64,000 nucleotides of DNA from Minisyncoccia bacterium (GTDB lineage: Bacteria; Pseudomonadota; Gammaproteobacteria; Burkholderiales; Burkholderiaceae_D): assembly GCA_047621345.1 (NCBI GenBank), contig JBLHLW010000016.1, positions 4,592-68,591 on the forward strand, in the 5' to 3' direction. The notes below the pieces were generated by a model that was not told where the DNA came from, did no database searches, and saw nothing but the letters and a program-made list of their open reading frames with translations. Below are positions 48,562 to 57,559 of this stretch, in pieces. A program made the translations under genes and the position numbers. How positions within the stretch are numbered: the stretch's first letter is position 1; each line of letters opens with the position of its first letter.

Positions 48562-49167
48562 ATGATTACTTTGTTTTCTGTCCTCGCCGCCTATTTGGTC
48601 GGGTCTATTTCCTTTGCGGTTGTTGTCAGCAAGCTGTTTGGTTTGTCCGACCCGCGCACGTATGGATCGAAAAATCCCGGCGCCACCAATGTCCTGCGCA
48701 GCGGTAACAAGGCCGCTGCGGTGCTCACCTTGCTGGGCGATGCCTTCAAGGGTTGGCTGGCGGTCTGGCTGGCCTACCGGTTCGGACCACAGTCCGGCAT
48801 GCCTGACAGCGGGATTGCGCTGGTCGCGCTCGCGGTATTTATCGGCCATCTGTGGCCGGTGTTCTTTCGCTTTGTCGGTGGCAAGGGCGTCGCCACGGCG
48901 CTCGGCGTACTGATCGGGATTAACCCGTGGCTCGGCTTGGGCACGGCGGTAACGTGGATGGCGGTGGCGTTCGCGTTTCGCTATTCCTCTTTGGCGGCAT
49001 TGGTGGCGAGTATTTTTGCGCCGTTTTATTACGGCTTGCTGTTTGGTGTCAATGCGATGTTGATGGCGGTGCTGGTAATGAGTGCGCTATTGATCTATCG
49101 TCATCGCGCCAACATTGCGAATTTGTTGAGCGGGAAGGAAGGGCGGTTAGGTAAGAAGAAGGGGTAG
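48562..49167 (+). CDS. plsY: Glycerol-3-phosphate acyltransferase
   Basis: [32 protein letters not shown]. Confidence 0.97.
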   Translation: MITLFSVLAAYLVGSISFAVVVSKLFGLSDPRTYGSKNPGATNVLRSGNKAAAVLTLLGDAFKGWLAVWLAYRFGPQSGMPDSGIALVALAVFIGHLWPVFFRFVGGKGVATALGVLIGINPWLGLGTAVTWMAVAFAFRYSSLAALVASIFAPFYYGLLFGVNAMLMAVLVMSALLIYRHRANIANLLSGKEGRLGKKKG

Positions 49168-49210
49168 GGCGGACTACTTGGTGGTATTTGCGACCGTCAT
49201 CGGTGCATTT

Positions 49211-49431
49211 GGTGCAATGCCCTGCGGTTATTGCACCCTACTTGTCGAGCAAGCCACGATCCAACCGGTCCCGACTGCTTTTTTTGTAGGGTGCAATAAC
49301 CGCAGGGCATTGCACCGAGCGCACTGCGTGCAGGATCAAGGCCGTGGTGCTTCCAGCGACGTAGGGTGCAATAACCGAAGGGCATTGCACCGAGCGCTCC
49401 GCGTGCAGGATCAAGGCCGTGGTGCTTCCAG
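49211..49431. repeat. REP family 2 cluster with a 75-bp-period tandem duplication
   Basis: GTAGGGTGCAATAACCG(C/A)AGGGCATTGCACC at 49211-49241 (minus), 49286-49316 and 49361-49391 (plus). Blocks 49286-49356 and 49361-49431 are near-identical. Confidence 0.9.
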
Positions 49432-50445
49432 TTCGGCCAGCGGCCAGCGTGGCCGGACATTGAAGGCGTAATCGCGTACCGCCAGCGTTGGGTCCTGCGC
49501 CAGCCGCAAACCACCGGCGAAGGCAATCATCGCGCCGTTGTCGGTACAGAATTCCAGCTCCGGGTAGTACACACGGAAGCGCTTTTTCAGGCCGGCCGCA
49601 TCCAGCGCCGCGCGTAATTGCCGGTTGGCACCGACGCCACCGGCGACCACTAGCCGGTTCAGGCCGGTGTGCTTGAGCGCGCTCAGTGATTTGGCCACCA
49701 GCACATCGACCATCGCATCAACAAAGCCGCGTGCGATGTTGGCCTTGTCCTGTTCACAGACGGTGCCGGGATGGTTTTTGACTACCGTCAACACCGCCGT
49801 CTTGAGTCCCGAAAAGCTGAAATTGAAATCCTTCGAATGCAGCATCGGGCGCGGCAGCTTGTAGGCCAGCGGGTCACCGAACTCGGCCATCCGTGAGATT
49901 GCCGGACCGCCGGGATAGCCGAGACCGAGCAATTTGGCCGACTTGTCGAACGCTTCACCGGCGGCATCGTCGAGGGTCTCCCCGAGCAGCGTGTAGCGAC
50001 CGACACCATCGACCCGCATCAACTGGGTGTGGCCGCCTGACACCAGCAGCGCAATGAACGGGAATGCTGGCGGATCGCTAGCCAGCAAGGGCGACAGCAA
50101 ATGGCCTTCGAGGTGATGGATGCCCAGCACCGGTTTGTCCAGCGCCAGTCCGAGGCCGCAGGCAACGGAAGCGCCGACCAGCAGCGCGCCGGCCAGGCCC
50201 GGACCTTGTGTGTAGGCGATGGCATCGATGCAGTCGCGCGTGAGCGCCGCCTCGTGCAGTACCTGTTCTAGCAACGGAATAGCGCGCCGGATGTGGTCGC
50301 GCGAGGCCAGTTCCGGCACGACGCCGCCGTATTGTTCGTGCATGGCGACTTGCGAGTAGAGCGCGTGCGAGAGCAAACCGGCGGTCGTGTCGTACAGCGC
50401 GAGGCCAGTTTCATCGCAGGAAGATTCAACGCCGAGAACAATCAT
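49411..50445 (-). CDS. tsaD: t6A synthase TsaD
   Basis: [38 protein letters not shown]. Confidence 0.98.
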   Translation of the reverse strand: MIVLGVESSCDETGLALYDTTAGLLSHALYSQVAMHEQYGGVVPELASRDHIRRAIPLLEQVLHEAALTRDCIDAIAYTQGPGLAGALLVGASVACGLGLALDKPVLGIHHLEGHLLSPLLASDPPAFPFIALLVSGGHTQLMRVDGVGRYTLLGETLDDAAGEAFDKSAKLLGLGYPGGPAISRMAEFGDPLAYKLPRPMLHSKDFNFSFSGLKTAVLTVVKNHPGTVCEQDKANIARGFVDAMVDVLVAKSLSALKHTGLNRLVVAGGVGANRQLRAALDAAGLKKRFRVYYPELEFCTDNGAMIAFAGGLRLAQDPTLAVRDYAFNVRPRWPLAELEAPRP

Positions 50446-50511
50446 GGTGGGAGCAGGGGACTAAATTTGAAAGAGCGCCATTGTAAGGGATAGCGGTCGA
50501 TGTGCCGCTGC

Positions 50512-50546
50512 GGCACTGTGATGGTGCGACGCACAATCGTGGCGCG
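50512..50546 (+). promoter_or_regulatory. Tandem NtrC-like enhancer sites
   Basis: GCAC-N7-GTGC (50513-50527) and GCAC-N7-GCGC (50531-50545), about 50-85 nt upstream of a sigma54 promoter. Confidence 0.62.
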
Positions 50547-50596
50547 GAAATGACCTTTTTTTGACCGTGTTTTCACTGGATTCAGGGCGATCGGGC

Positions 50597-50612
50597 TGGC
50601 ATACCAATTGCA
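50597..50612 (+). promoter_or_regulatory. sigma54 -24/-12 promoter of nrtABD
   Basis: TGGCATACCAATTGCA: GG-N10-GC spacing. Confidence 0.8.
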
Positions 50613-50681
50613 AGGCGTAAGCCAGTGCGGCACTCATTGCAGAGCCGTTATGCGTTTTTATGTCGTCTCCCAGAGGATTTC

Positions 50682-51932
50682 ATGACCAGCAAACTTCCGC
50701 ATCCCGATCTGAGCCGTCGCAACATACTGAAAGCGGGTGCCGTAGCCAGTGCCGGCGTCTTCGGCGGGCTCGCCACACAAGGTGTCTGGGCCGCCGGTTC
50801 TGACAAGCCAGAAAAAGAAGAAGTCAAAGTTGGTTTTATCCCACTGACAGATTGCGCATCGGTGGTCATGGCTTCGGTACTTGGCTTCGACAAGAAATAC
50901 GGCATCAAGATCGTGCCCACCAAAGAGTCGTCGTGGGCCAGCGTGCGCGACAAGCTCGCCAACGGTGAGCTTGATGCAGCCCATGCGCTGTATGGCCTGA
51001 TCTATGGCGTGCATCTCGGCAATGGTGGCGCCAAGAAAGACATGGCGGTCCTGATGACGTTGAGCCAGAACGGTCAGGCCATCTCGCTATCGAAAAAACT
51101 GGCCGACAAGGGTGCCGTCGATGGCGCCTCGCTGGCCAAGCTGATGCAGACCGAGAAACGCGAATACACCTTCGCCCAGACTTTCCCGACCGGCACGCAT
51201 GCAATGTGGTTGTACTACTGGCTGGCAGCCAACGGCATCAATCCGATGAAAGACGCCAAGGTCATCACGGTGCCACCACCGCAAATGGTCGCCAACATGC
51301 GGGTCGGAAACATGGATGGGTTTTGTGTCGGCGAGCCGTGGAACCATCGTGCGATAGTCGATGGCGTCGGCATCACAGCCATCACCACGCAAGACATCTG
51401 GAAAGACCATCCGGAAAAAGTTCTGGGCACCACCGGCGAGTGGGTCAAGAAATATCCGAACACGGCGCGTGCACTAACGGCAGCAGTCCTTGATGCCAGC
51501 CGATGGATCGATGCGTCGCTGTCGAACAAGAACAAGATGGCCGACACCATCGCCGAAAAATCGTATGTCAACACGTCGGTCGATGTGATCAACCAGCGCA
51601 TCCTCGGACGCTACCAGAATGGTCTAGGCAAGACCTGGGATGACCCGAACTGCATGCACTTTTTCAGTGACGGGGCAGTCAATTTTCCGTACCTGTCAGA
51701 TGGCATGTGGTTCCTGACCCAGCACAAACGCTGGGGCCTGCTCAAGGCCGATGTTGATTATCTCGCCGTGGCCAAGGCCATCAACCAGATCGACGTCTAC
51801 AAGGACGCCGCCGCGATGGCCAAGGTCAGCGTGCCAAAAGACCTGATGCGCTCCAGCAAGCTGATGGATGGTACGGTCTGGGATGGCAAAAATCCGCAAG
51901 CCTACGCCGCTTCATTCAAGATCAAAGCCTGA
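50682..51932 (+). CDS. nrtA: Nitrate ABC transporter binding protein (NrtA/CmpA/NasF)
   Basis: Tat signal SRRNILK, GFIPLTDCA, FPTGTHAMW, GFCVGEPWN. Confidence 0.92.
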   Translation: MTSKLPHPDLSRRNILKAGAVASAGVFGGLATQGVWAAGSDKPEKEEVKVGFIPLTDCASVVMASVLGFDKKYGIKIVPTKESSWASVRDKLANGELDAAHALYGLIYGVHLGNGGAKKDMAVLMTLSQNGQAISLSKKLADKGAVDGASLAKLMQTEKREYTFAQTFPTGTHAMWLYYWLAANGINPMKDAKVITVPPPQMVANMRVGNMDGFCVGEPWNHRAIVDGVGITAITTQDIWKDHPEKVLGTTGEWVKKYPNTARALTAAVLDASRWIDASLSNKNKMADTIAEKSYVNTSVDVINQRILGRYQNGLGKTWDDPNCMHFFSDGAVNFPYLSDGMWFLTQHKRWGLLKADVDYLAVAKAINQIDVYKDAAAMAKVSVPKDLMRSSKLMDGTVWDGKNPQAYAASFKIKA

Positions 51933-51942
51933 GGAAATCACC

Positions 51943-52866
51943 ATGAGTGCCGTCATCGACACCCTGAACCATGCCCCGGCTGAGCCGGTCTTTCCTTCTG
52001 CCGTGAGTGGGGCGTCGGCCTCGTCCGAAGGCCAGCGCCGTCGCACCGTCGGTGCCGATTTGCCGCGTACTGTGCCGCGCAAATCGTTGCTGCGGCCTTA
52101 TGTGATGGCCGTATTGCCACCCTTGGTCGGACTGGCCTTGCTGATACTGGTGTGGCAGATCGTTGCTTCGCGCAATAGCGGTTTTCCGACGCCGATGGTC
52201 ACGCTGACCGAAGCGATCAAGCTGTTTTCCGATCCGTTCTATCGCAACGGTCCGAACGATCAGGGCATAGGCTGGAATATCCTGGCCTCGCTAAAACGCG
52301 TCGGCATGGGTTTCGGTCTGGCTGCCGTGGTCGGTATTCCGCTGGGGTTTGCGATTGGCCGCTTCAAGTTCATGTCCGGCATGTTTGGCCCGATCATCAG
52401 TTTGCTCAAGCCGGTATCGCCACTGGCCTGGTTGCCGATCGGCCTGCTGGTCTTCAAGGCGGCTGACCCGGCGGCAATCTGGTCGATCTTCATTTGTTCG
52501 ATCTGGCCGATGATCATCAATACCGCCGTCGGCGTACAGCGTGTGCCGCAGGACTACATGAACGTGGCGCGGGTTCTCAACCTGTCGGAATGGAAGGTAC
52601 TGACCAAGATCCTGTTTCCATCGGTGCTGCCCTACATGCTGACTGGCGTACGGCTAGCTATTGGCACCGCCTGGCTGGTGATTGTCGCAGCGGAAATGCT
52701 GACTGGCGGCGTCGGTATCGGTTTTTGGGTTTGGGATGAATGGAACAACCTCAACGTGCCGCACATCATCATCGCCATTGTCGTCATCGGTGTGGTCGGG
52801 CTGATCCTTGAACAGGCACTCGTCGCATTGGCGCGGGCTTTTACTTACGAAGATGCAGGGAGCTGA
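51943..52866 (+). CDS. nrtB: Nitrate ABC transporter permease
   Basis: [34 protein letters not shown]. Confidence 0.93.
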   Translation: MSAVIDTLNHAPAEPVFPSAVSGASASSEGQRRRTVGADLPRTVPRKSLLRPYVMAVLPPLVGLALLILVWQIVASRNSGFPTPMVTLTEAIKLFSDPFYRNGPNDQGIGWNILASLKRVGMGFGLAAVVGIPLGFAIGRFKFMSGMFGPIISLLKPVSPLAWLPIGLLVFKAADPAAIWSIFICSIWPMIINTAVGVQRVPQDYMNVARVLNLSEWKVLTKILFPSVLPYMLTGVRLAIGTAWLVIVAAEMLTGGVGIGFWVWDEWNNLNVPHIIIAIVVIGVVGLILEQALVALARAFTYEDAGS

Positions 52867-52868
52867 AC

Positions 52869-53675
52869 ATGAACGATAAATTTATCGACATCCAGAACGC
52901 CAGCATGGCCTTCCCGGTCAAGAAGGGGAGTTTTCAGGCGCTGGTCGACGTCAACCTGCATGTCGCCAAAGGCGAATTCATCACGCTGATCGGTCATTCC
53001 GGTTGCGGCAAATCGACGCTACTCAACATGATCGCGGGGCTGACTATTGCGACCGGCGGCATGCTGCTCTGTGCCAATCGCGAAATTGCCGGGCCATCGC
53101 CAGAACGCGGCGTCGTCTTCCAGAACCATTCGCTGCTGCCGTGGTTGACCTGTCACGACAATGTCTACCTGGCGGTCGAGCGGGTCTTCGGTGCGCTCGA
53201 ATCCAAGACCCGTTTGCAGGAGCGCACCCGCGCCGCACTCGCGCTGGTCGGCCTGACCCATGCCGAACACAAGCGGCCGAATGAAATTTCCGGCGGCATG
53301 AAGCAGCGCGTCGGTATTGCGCGCGCGTTGTCGATGGAGCCGAAAGTCTTGCTGATGGACGAGCCGTTTGGCGCTCTCGACGCGCTTACGCGTGCGCATC
53401 TGCAGGATGAATTGCTCAAGATCGTTGCCGCCACCGGATCGACTGTGGTGATGGTCACGCATGATGTCGATGAAGCGGTACTGCTATCGGACCGCATCGT
53501 GATGATGACCAATGGGCCGTCCGCCACCATCGGTGAAATCCTGTCGGTCAATCTGCCGCGCCCGCGCGAACGGGTTGCGTTGGCGGCAGACCCGCAGTAC
53601 ATGGCGTACCGGACCTCGGTGCTGGAATTTTTGTATCACCGGCAAGCACGGCCGGCAGCAAAGGAAGCCGCGTAG
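52869..53675 (+). CDS. nrtD: Nitrate ABC transporter ATPase (NrtD/NasD-like)
   Basis: [38 protein letters not shown]. Confidence 0.9.
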   Translation: MNDKFIDIQNASMAFPVKKGSFQALVDVNLHVAKGEFITLIGHSGCGKSTLLNMIAGLTIATGGMLLCANREIAGPSPERGVVFQNHSLLPWLTCHDNVYLAVERVFGALESKTRLQERTRAALALVGLTHAEHKRPNEISGGMKQRVGIARALSMEPKVLLMDEPFGALDALTRAHLQDELLKIVAATGSTVVMVTHDVDEAVLLSDRIVMMTNGPSATIGEILSVNLPRPRERVALAADPQYMAYRTSVLEFLYHRQARPAAKEAA

Positions 53676-53719
53676 GCGCAGTGCGTTGCTTGCCGTGACG
53701 GGGAAATGTCCAGCGTCAT

Positions 53720-53754
53720 AAAAAAAGCCACCTGAGTAGCCAGGTGGCTTTTTT
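53720..53754. terminator. Bidirectional terminator
   Basis: AAAAAAAGCCACCTG-AGTAGC-CAGGTGGCTTTTTT between convergent genes. Confidence 0.9.
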
Positions 53755-53795
53755 GCGTGGAAGCACCGTGATCTTGTCACGTAGCTGGGGCAGTG

Positions 53796-55160
53796 TTACT
53801 CGACCCGGACCAGCTTCTTGTTGACGAACTCCTGGATACCGGCACGCGACAGTTCGCGTCCGTAACCGGAATTTTTGATGCCGCCGAACGGCAATTCCGC
53901 CGAGGTGTTGGTCGGCGTGTTGATGAACACCATGCCGGTCTCAATCTGGCTGGCGACCCGCTTGCCACGTGCGATGTCTTTGGTGAATATCGATCCGCCG
54001 AGGCCATACGGCGAGTCATTGGCCAGCGCAATGGCAGCAGCTTCGTCGGCAACGCGGAAGAACAGCGCGACCGGGCCAAAGAATTCTTCCTTGTAGGCCG
54101 GGTTGGTCTTGTCGATGTCGGTCAGGATGGTCGGTTGCATGAAGACACCCGGCACATCAAGACGTTGGCCGCCAATCACGGCTTTAGCACCCGCGGCAAC
54201 GGCACGTTTGACCTGATCCAGCAAATTGTCGAGGGCTTCCTGCGATGACAATGGCCCCAGATTGGTCTTCGAATCGAGCGGGTTGCCCGGCTTGAAGTCG
54301 GCCAGTGCTGCCATGAATTGCGCCAGGAAACGGTCGGCCATTGGTTCGACGACGATGAAGCGTTTAGATGCGGTGCAAGCCTGACCGGCATTGCCCATCC
54401 GGCCAATCACGGCTTGCTTGACGGCTAAATCGAGGTCGGCATCGTCGAGCACAATGAAGGCATCGCTGCCACCGAGTTCCATCGTGGTTTTCTTCAGGTT
54501 CTGTCCGGCACGTGCTGCAACAATGGCGCCAGCGCCTTCGCTACCGGTCAGTGCCACACCCTTGATGCGCGGATCGTCAATGATTTGGCTGACCTGGTCT
54601 TTCGAGATGTACAGGTTGGTGTAGGCGCCAGCCGGTGAACCGGCTTCGGCCATCAGTTTTTCGAAAGCGCGCGCGCATTGCGGCACGTTCGACGCATGCT
54701 TGACCATCACAACATTGCCCGCCATCAGATTCGGGGCAGCAAAGCGGACGATCTGGTAGTACGGGTAATTCCATGGCTCGACGCCGAACAGCACGCCGAC
54801 CGGGGCGCTTTCGACGTGGGCTTCACCGGATTTGACGGCGAGCTTTTCAGGGGCAAGAAATTCTTCGGCATGCTGCGCATAGTAGTCAAGGATAGACGCG
54901 CTCAGTTCGACTTCGCCGCGGCTCTGGTCGATCAGCTTGCCCATTTCGAGCGTAATCAGGGTAGCGAATTCCTCGCTGCGTTCGCGCATCAGTGCGGCGG
55001 CGCGTGACAGCACGGTGCTGCGTTCGGCAAAGCTGGTAGTGCGCCACGTCGTGTAGCAGCTAGCAGCGAGTGCCAGCCGGGCTTCGAGTTGTGCGCCGTC
55101 GAGTTCGGTAAATTTTTCCAGTACTTTTCCATCGTAGGGATTGGTGCTTTGATAGGCCAT
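53796..55160 (-). CDS. NAD(P)-dependent succinate-semialdehyde dehydrogenase-like ALDH
   Basis: PWNYP, LTGSEGAG, ELGGSD, catalytic GQACTA, EEFFGP, GYGRELS. Substrate inferred from the Sad-like length. Confidence 0.88.
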   Translation of the reverse strand: MAYQSTNPYDGKVLEKFTELDGAQLEARLALAASCYTTWRTTSFAERSTVLSRAAALMRERSEEFATLITLEMGKLIDQSRGEVELSASILDYYAQHAEEFLAPEKLAVKSGEAHVESAPVGVLFGVEPWNYPYYQIVRFAAPNLMAGNVVMVKHASNVPQCARAFEKLMAEAGSPAGAYTNLYISKDQVSQIIDDPRIKGVALTGSEGAGAIVAARAGQNLKKTTMELGGSDAFIVLDDADLDLAVKQAVIGRMGNAGQACTASKRFIVVEPMADRFLAQFMAALADFKPGNPLDSKTNLGPLSSQEALDNLLDQVKRAVAAGAKAVIGGQRLDVPGVFMQPTILTDIDKTNPAYKEEFFGPVALFFRVADEAAAIALANDSPYGLGGSIFTKDIARGKRVASQIETGMVFINTPTNTSAELPFGGIKNSGYGRELSRAGIQEFVNKKLVRVE

Positions 55161-55299
55161 AATTCCTCTTCACGTTGCGGTAAGTGGAAGTCCATCATCT
55201 GCGCATTGTTTGGAGATTGCCGTGCGCTGGCGCACTTAGGTGGTGCGGGAGATTTATTGGTCTCGTATTGCAGCGAGGTGACGGACATGCCGTATCTGA

Positions 55300-55455
55300 T
55301 TACTCCAGCCGTGATCTTTGCTCAGAAAGCCTTTGGAAGTCAGGTATTAATGTGCTTGCATTCTTGTTCACCGAGTAGACAAGACGGGCGATTCTCTCAG
55401 AGCACGCGGAAAGGTTGTCATGCAAGAGGCGTCGGCTGGCATCAGGTCGGGTCAT
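55300..55455 (-). pseudogene. Truncated partner of the MNT, probable HEPN-toxin N-terminal remnant
   Basis: 51-codon ORF (MTRPDASRRLLHDNLSACSERIARLVYSVNKN...) coupled by an ATGA overlap to the MNT stop. No RX4H motif in it or in the following frames. Confidence 0.5.
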
Positions 55456-55736
55456 AATGAAATCCCTTTTCGCGCAATCCCATAAATGGTTTTTTCTTCG
55501 TCTTCCGGTGTCTTGACCAAGAGGTCAACGTGCGTATCGCATTGCGATGCCAGCCGGTATTGCATGGCCAACTGACTTTTGAGAGGAATTGCCAGGGAGG
55601 CGTCGAGGAACAGATCGATATCGCCGCCGCGTCGCAAGTCATCACTGCGAGAGCCGAACAAATAGATTTTTCCGTCCGGATCGATGGCATGGATGACCGA
55701 TCGGATGATGTTGACTTCTTTTTCCAGTAGTCTCAT
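55452..55736 (-). CDS. Minimal nucleotidyltransferase (MNT)
   Basis: 94 aa from MRLLEKEV; IYLFGSRSDDLRRGGDIDL (GS...DxD) and third Asp in VDLLV. Confidence 0.9.
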   Translation of the reverse strand: MRLLEKEVNIIRSVIHAIDPDGKIYLFGSRSDDLRRGGDIDLFLDASLAIPLKSQLAMQYRLASQCDTHVDLLVKTPEDEEKTIYGIARKGISL

Positions 55737-55857
55737 GAAATACCTTGATGACGGGTAAGGCGATGCGGTGACACATCGCTTCCTCAATCATACTGGTTGA
55801 TCAGCCGTCGTCAATGTGTCAAGTCGTGGTGTGGGTGAAGCTTTTGGTGGAAATCTA

Positions 55858-57558
55858 TTAGCGCAGCACCAGCAAATACAGCAACAACAGATTGAGCACC
55901 ACCGAAACCACCGCCACGCTGCGCCAGATCGACAACGGATCGCGTTGCAGCAGCGGCAGCGCGGGCGCCCTGTCGAGCGCGCGGGTGGCGCCGCGTTCGA
56001 GCGCCAGCAGGAATTCCTCGGCGGTTTCAAAGCGGTTGACAGTATCGCGTGCGACCGCTTTCAGGACCACGTTTTCCAGCCAGTGCGGAATCTCGGGACG
56101 GGTGCGCGTTGGCGGAACCGGTTCATTGAAACGCGGTCGCTGGAAGGCTTCGATCTCACCGTACGGATAACGTCGGGTCAGCAGTTGGTAGAGCGTGACG
56201 CCGACGGCATACAGGTCGGTCTGGCGTGAGGCGGGCGCGTTATCGAACTGTTCCGGCGCGAGGTAGGACGGTGTGCCGGCCTGCGTGCTGGCTTGTTGCG
56301 GGCCGTCCAGTCCGGATTGCGCGACGCCAAAATCGAGTAGCCGCAATTCGCCGTCGCTACCGATATGCACGTTGGCCGGTTTGATATCGCGATGCAGGAT
56401 GCTGCGTCGATGCAGCGCGCCGACGGCACGGACCAGTTTCGTACCCTGCGCGATGACATCGGGAATCGTGAAATGGGTCGCCGCGTCGAGCTGTTGCTGC
56501 AGCGTGCTGCCCTCGTGCCAGGTGGTCAGAAAATACAGCGCGCTGCGTTGGTCGGGCGTGATCACCTGAGCAAAAAAACGCGCCACGGCGCGCCGTGCCA
56601 GCCATTCTTCATGGGCAAAAGCGGCCCGCTCTTGCGGGTCGCTGCCGCAGCCCGGTTGCAGGGTTTTCAACACCAGCGCACGTTGCGTGCGCAGATCGGT
56701 AACGCGATACAGCAGCGTGCTGCGCGAGTCGTGCAGCACGCTGTCGATCCGGTAGCCATCGATGGTCTGGCCGGGTTTGAAGCGCGGTGGCACCGGCAGC
56801 GCTTGCAGGCTGGACAACGCATCGCGCAAATTCTGTTCTGGTAGCGCATCGATGCGCAGCACCATGGCGCTGGCGTTGTCGCCGCCGCCGGCGTCGAGTG
56901 CGGCTTGCACCAGTGCTGCCGCACAGGTGTCGGCGTCGCATTTTTCCTGTGCTAGTCCGGATAAATGGCTGCCAAGGTCATGGTCGCGCAAGGCACTCCA
57001 CACGCCATCGGTGACCAATAGCAGCACATCGCGCACCAGCAGTTCGCCCATGCCATGATCGACCGCCAGCCGCGAATCGAGACCGATGGCGCGGGTCAGC
57101 ACATGCTGCATTTCTGGCTTGTCCCAGACGTGATCGGTTGTTAGTCGGGTCAGTGCGCCGGCGCGCAGCAAGTACAACCGGCTATCGCCGACATGCGCAA
57201 AATAATAGAAGCCGCCGCGCAGCACCACGCAAGTCAGCGTGGTGGCCATGCCTGTCAGTTCGGTGCGCACCGAGCCCTGATGCTGAACCCAGCTGTTGGT
57301 CGCCGTCAGGACCCGGTCGAGCGCTTGCGATACCGGCCAGGTGTCCGGCGTCGCGTAGTAATCCGACAGCAGGCCGCGCACCGTGTACTCGGCGGCCTCG
57401 CGACCGCCCTCGTTACCCGAGACGCCATCGGCAATCGCCGCTAGCACGCCCTTGGTCAGCAAGTCCGATTCGCGCGGCGTGACCACGCCGACGAAGTCTT
57501 CATTGCGCGCGCGTGGCCCGACCTGTGTGGCGTGGCCGATCGCGAGGCTCAGTCCCAT
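55858..57558 (-). CDS. Bifunctional PP2C phosphatase / Hanks-type Ser/Thr kinase with C-terminal TM
   Basis: RNED, ADGVSG, HVGDSR, TDGV, DNASA, then LVLK, HRDIKPAN, DFG, GTPSYLAPE. Hydrophobic tail. ATG 1 nt after the narK stop. Confidence 0.93.
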   Translation of the reverse strand: MGLSLAIGHATQVGPRARNEDFVGVVTPRESDLLTKGVLAAIADGVSGNEGGREAAEYTVRGLLSDYYATPDTWPVSQALDRVLTATNSWVQHQGSVRTELTGMATTLTCVVLRGGFYYFAHVGDSRLYLLRAGALTRLTTDHVWDKPEMQHVLTRAIGLDSRLAVDHGMGELLVRDVLLLVTDGVWSALRDHDLGSHLSGLAQEKCDADTCAAALVQAALDAGGGDNASAMVLRIDALPEQNLRDALSSLQALPVPPRFKPGQTIDGYRIDSVLHDSRSTLLYRVTDLRTQRALVLKTLQPGCGSDPQERAAFAHEEWLARRAVARFFAQVITPDQRSALYFLTTWHEGSTLQQQLDAATHFTIPDVIAQGTKLVRAVGALHRRSILHRDIKPANVHIGSDGELRLLDFGVAQSGLDGPQQASTQAGTPSYLAPEQFDNAPASRQTDLYAVGVTLYQLLTRRYPYGEIEAFQRPRFNEPVPPTRTRPEIPHWLENVVLKAVARDTVNRFETAEEFLLALERGATRALDRAPALPLLQRDPLSIWRSVAVVSVVLNLLLLYLLVLR

Positions 57559-57559
57559 C

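Noticed and set aside
49211-49431. Regularly spaced ~31-nt repeats resembling a CRISPR array
   Set aside because: Only three copies, one inverted; the sequence between the direct copies is itself duplicated rather than a unique spacer; GTAG-REP structure; no cas genes.
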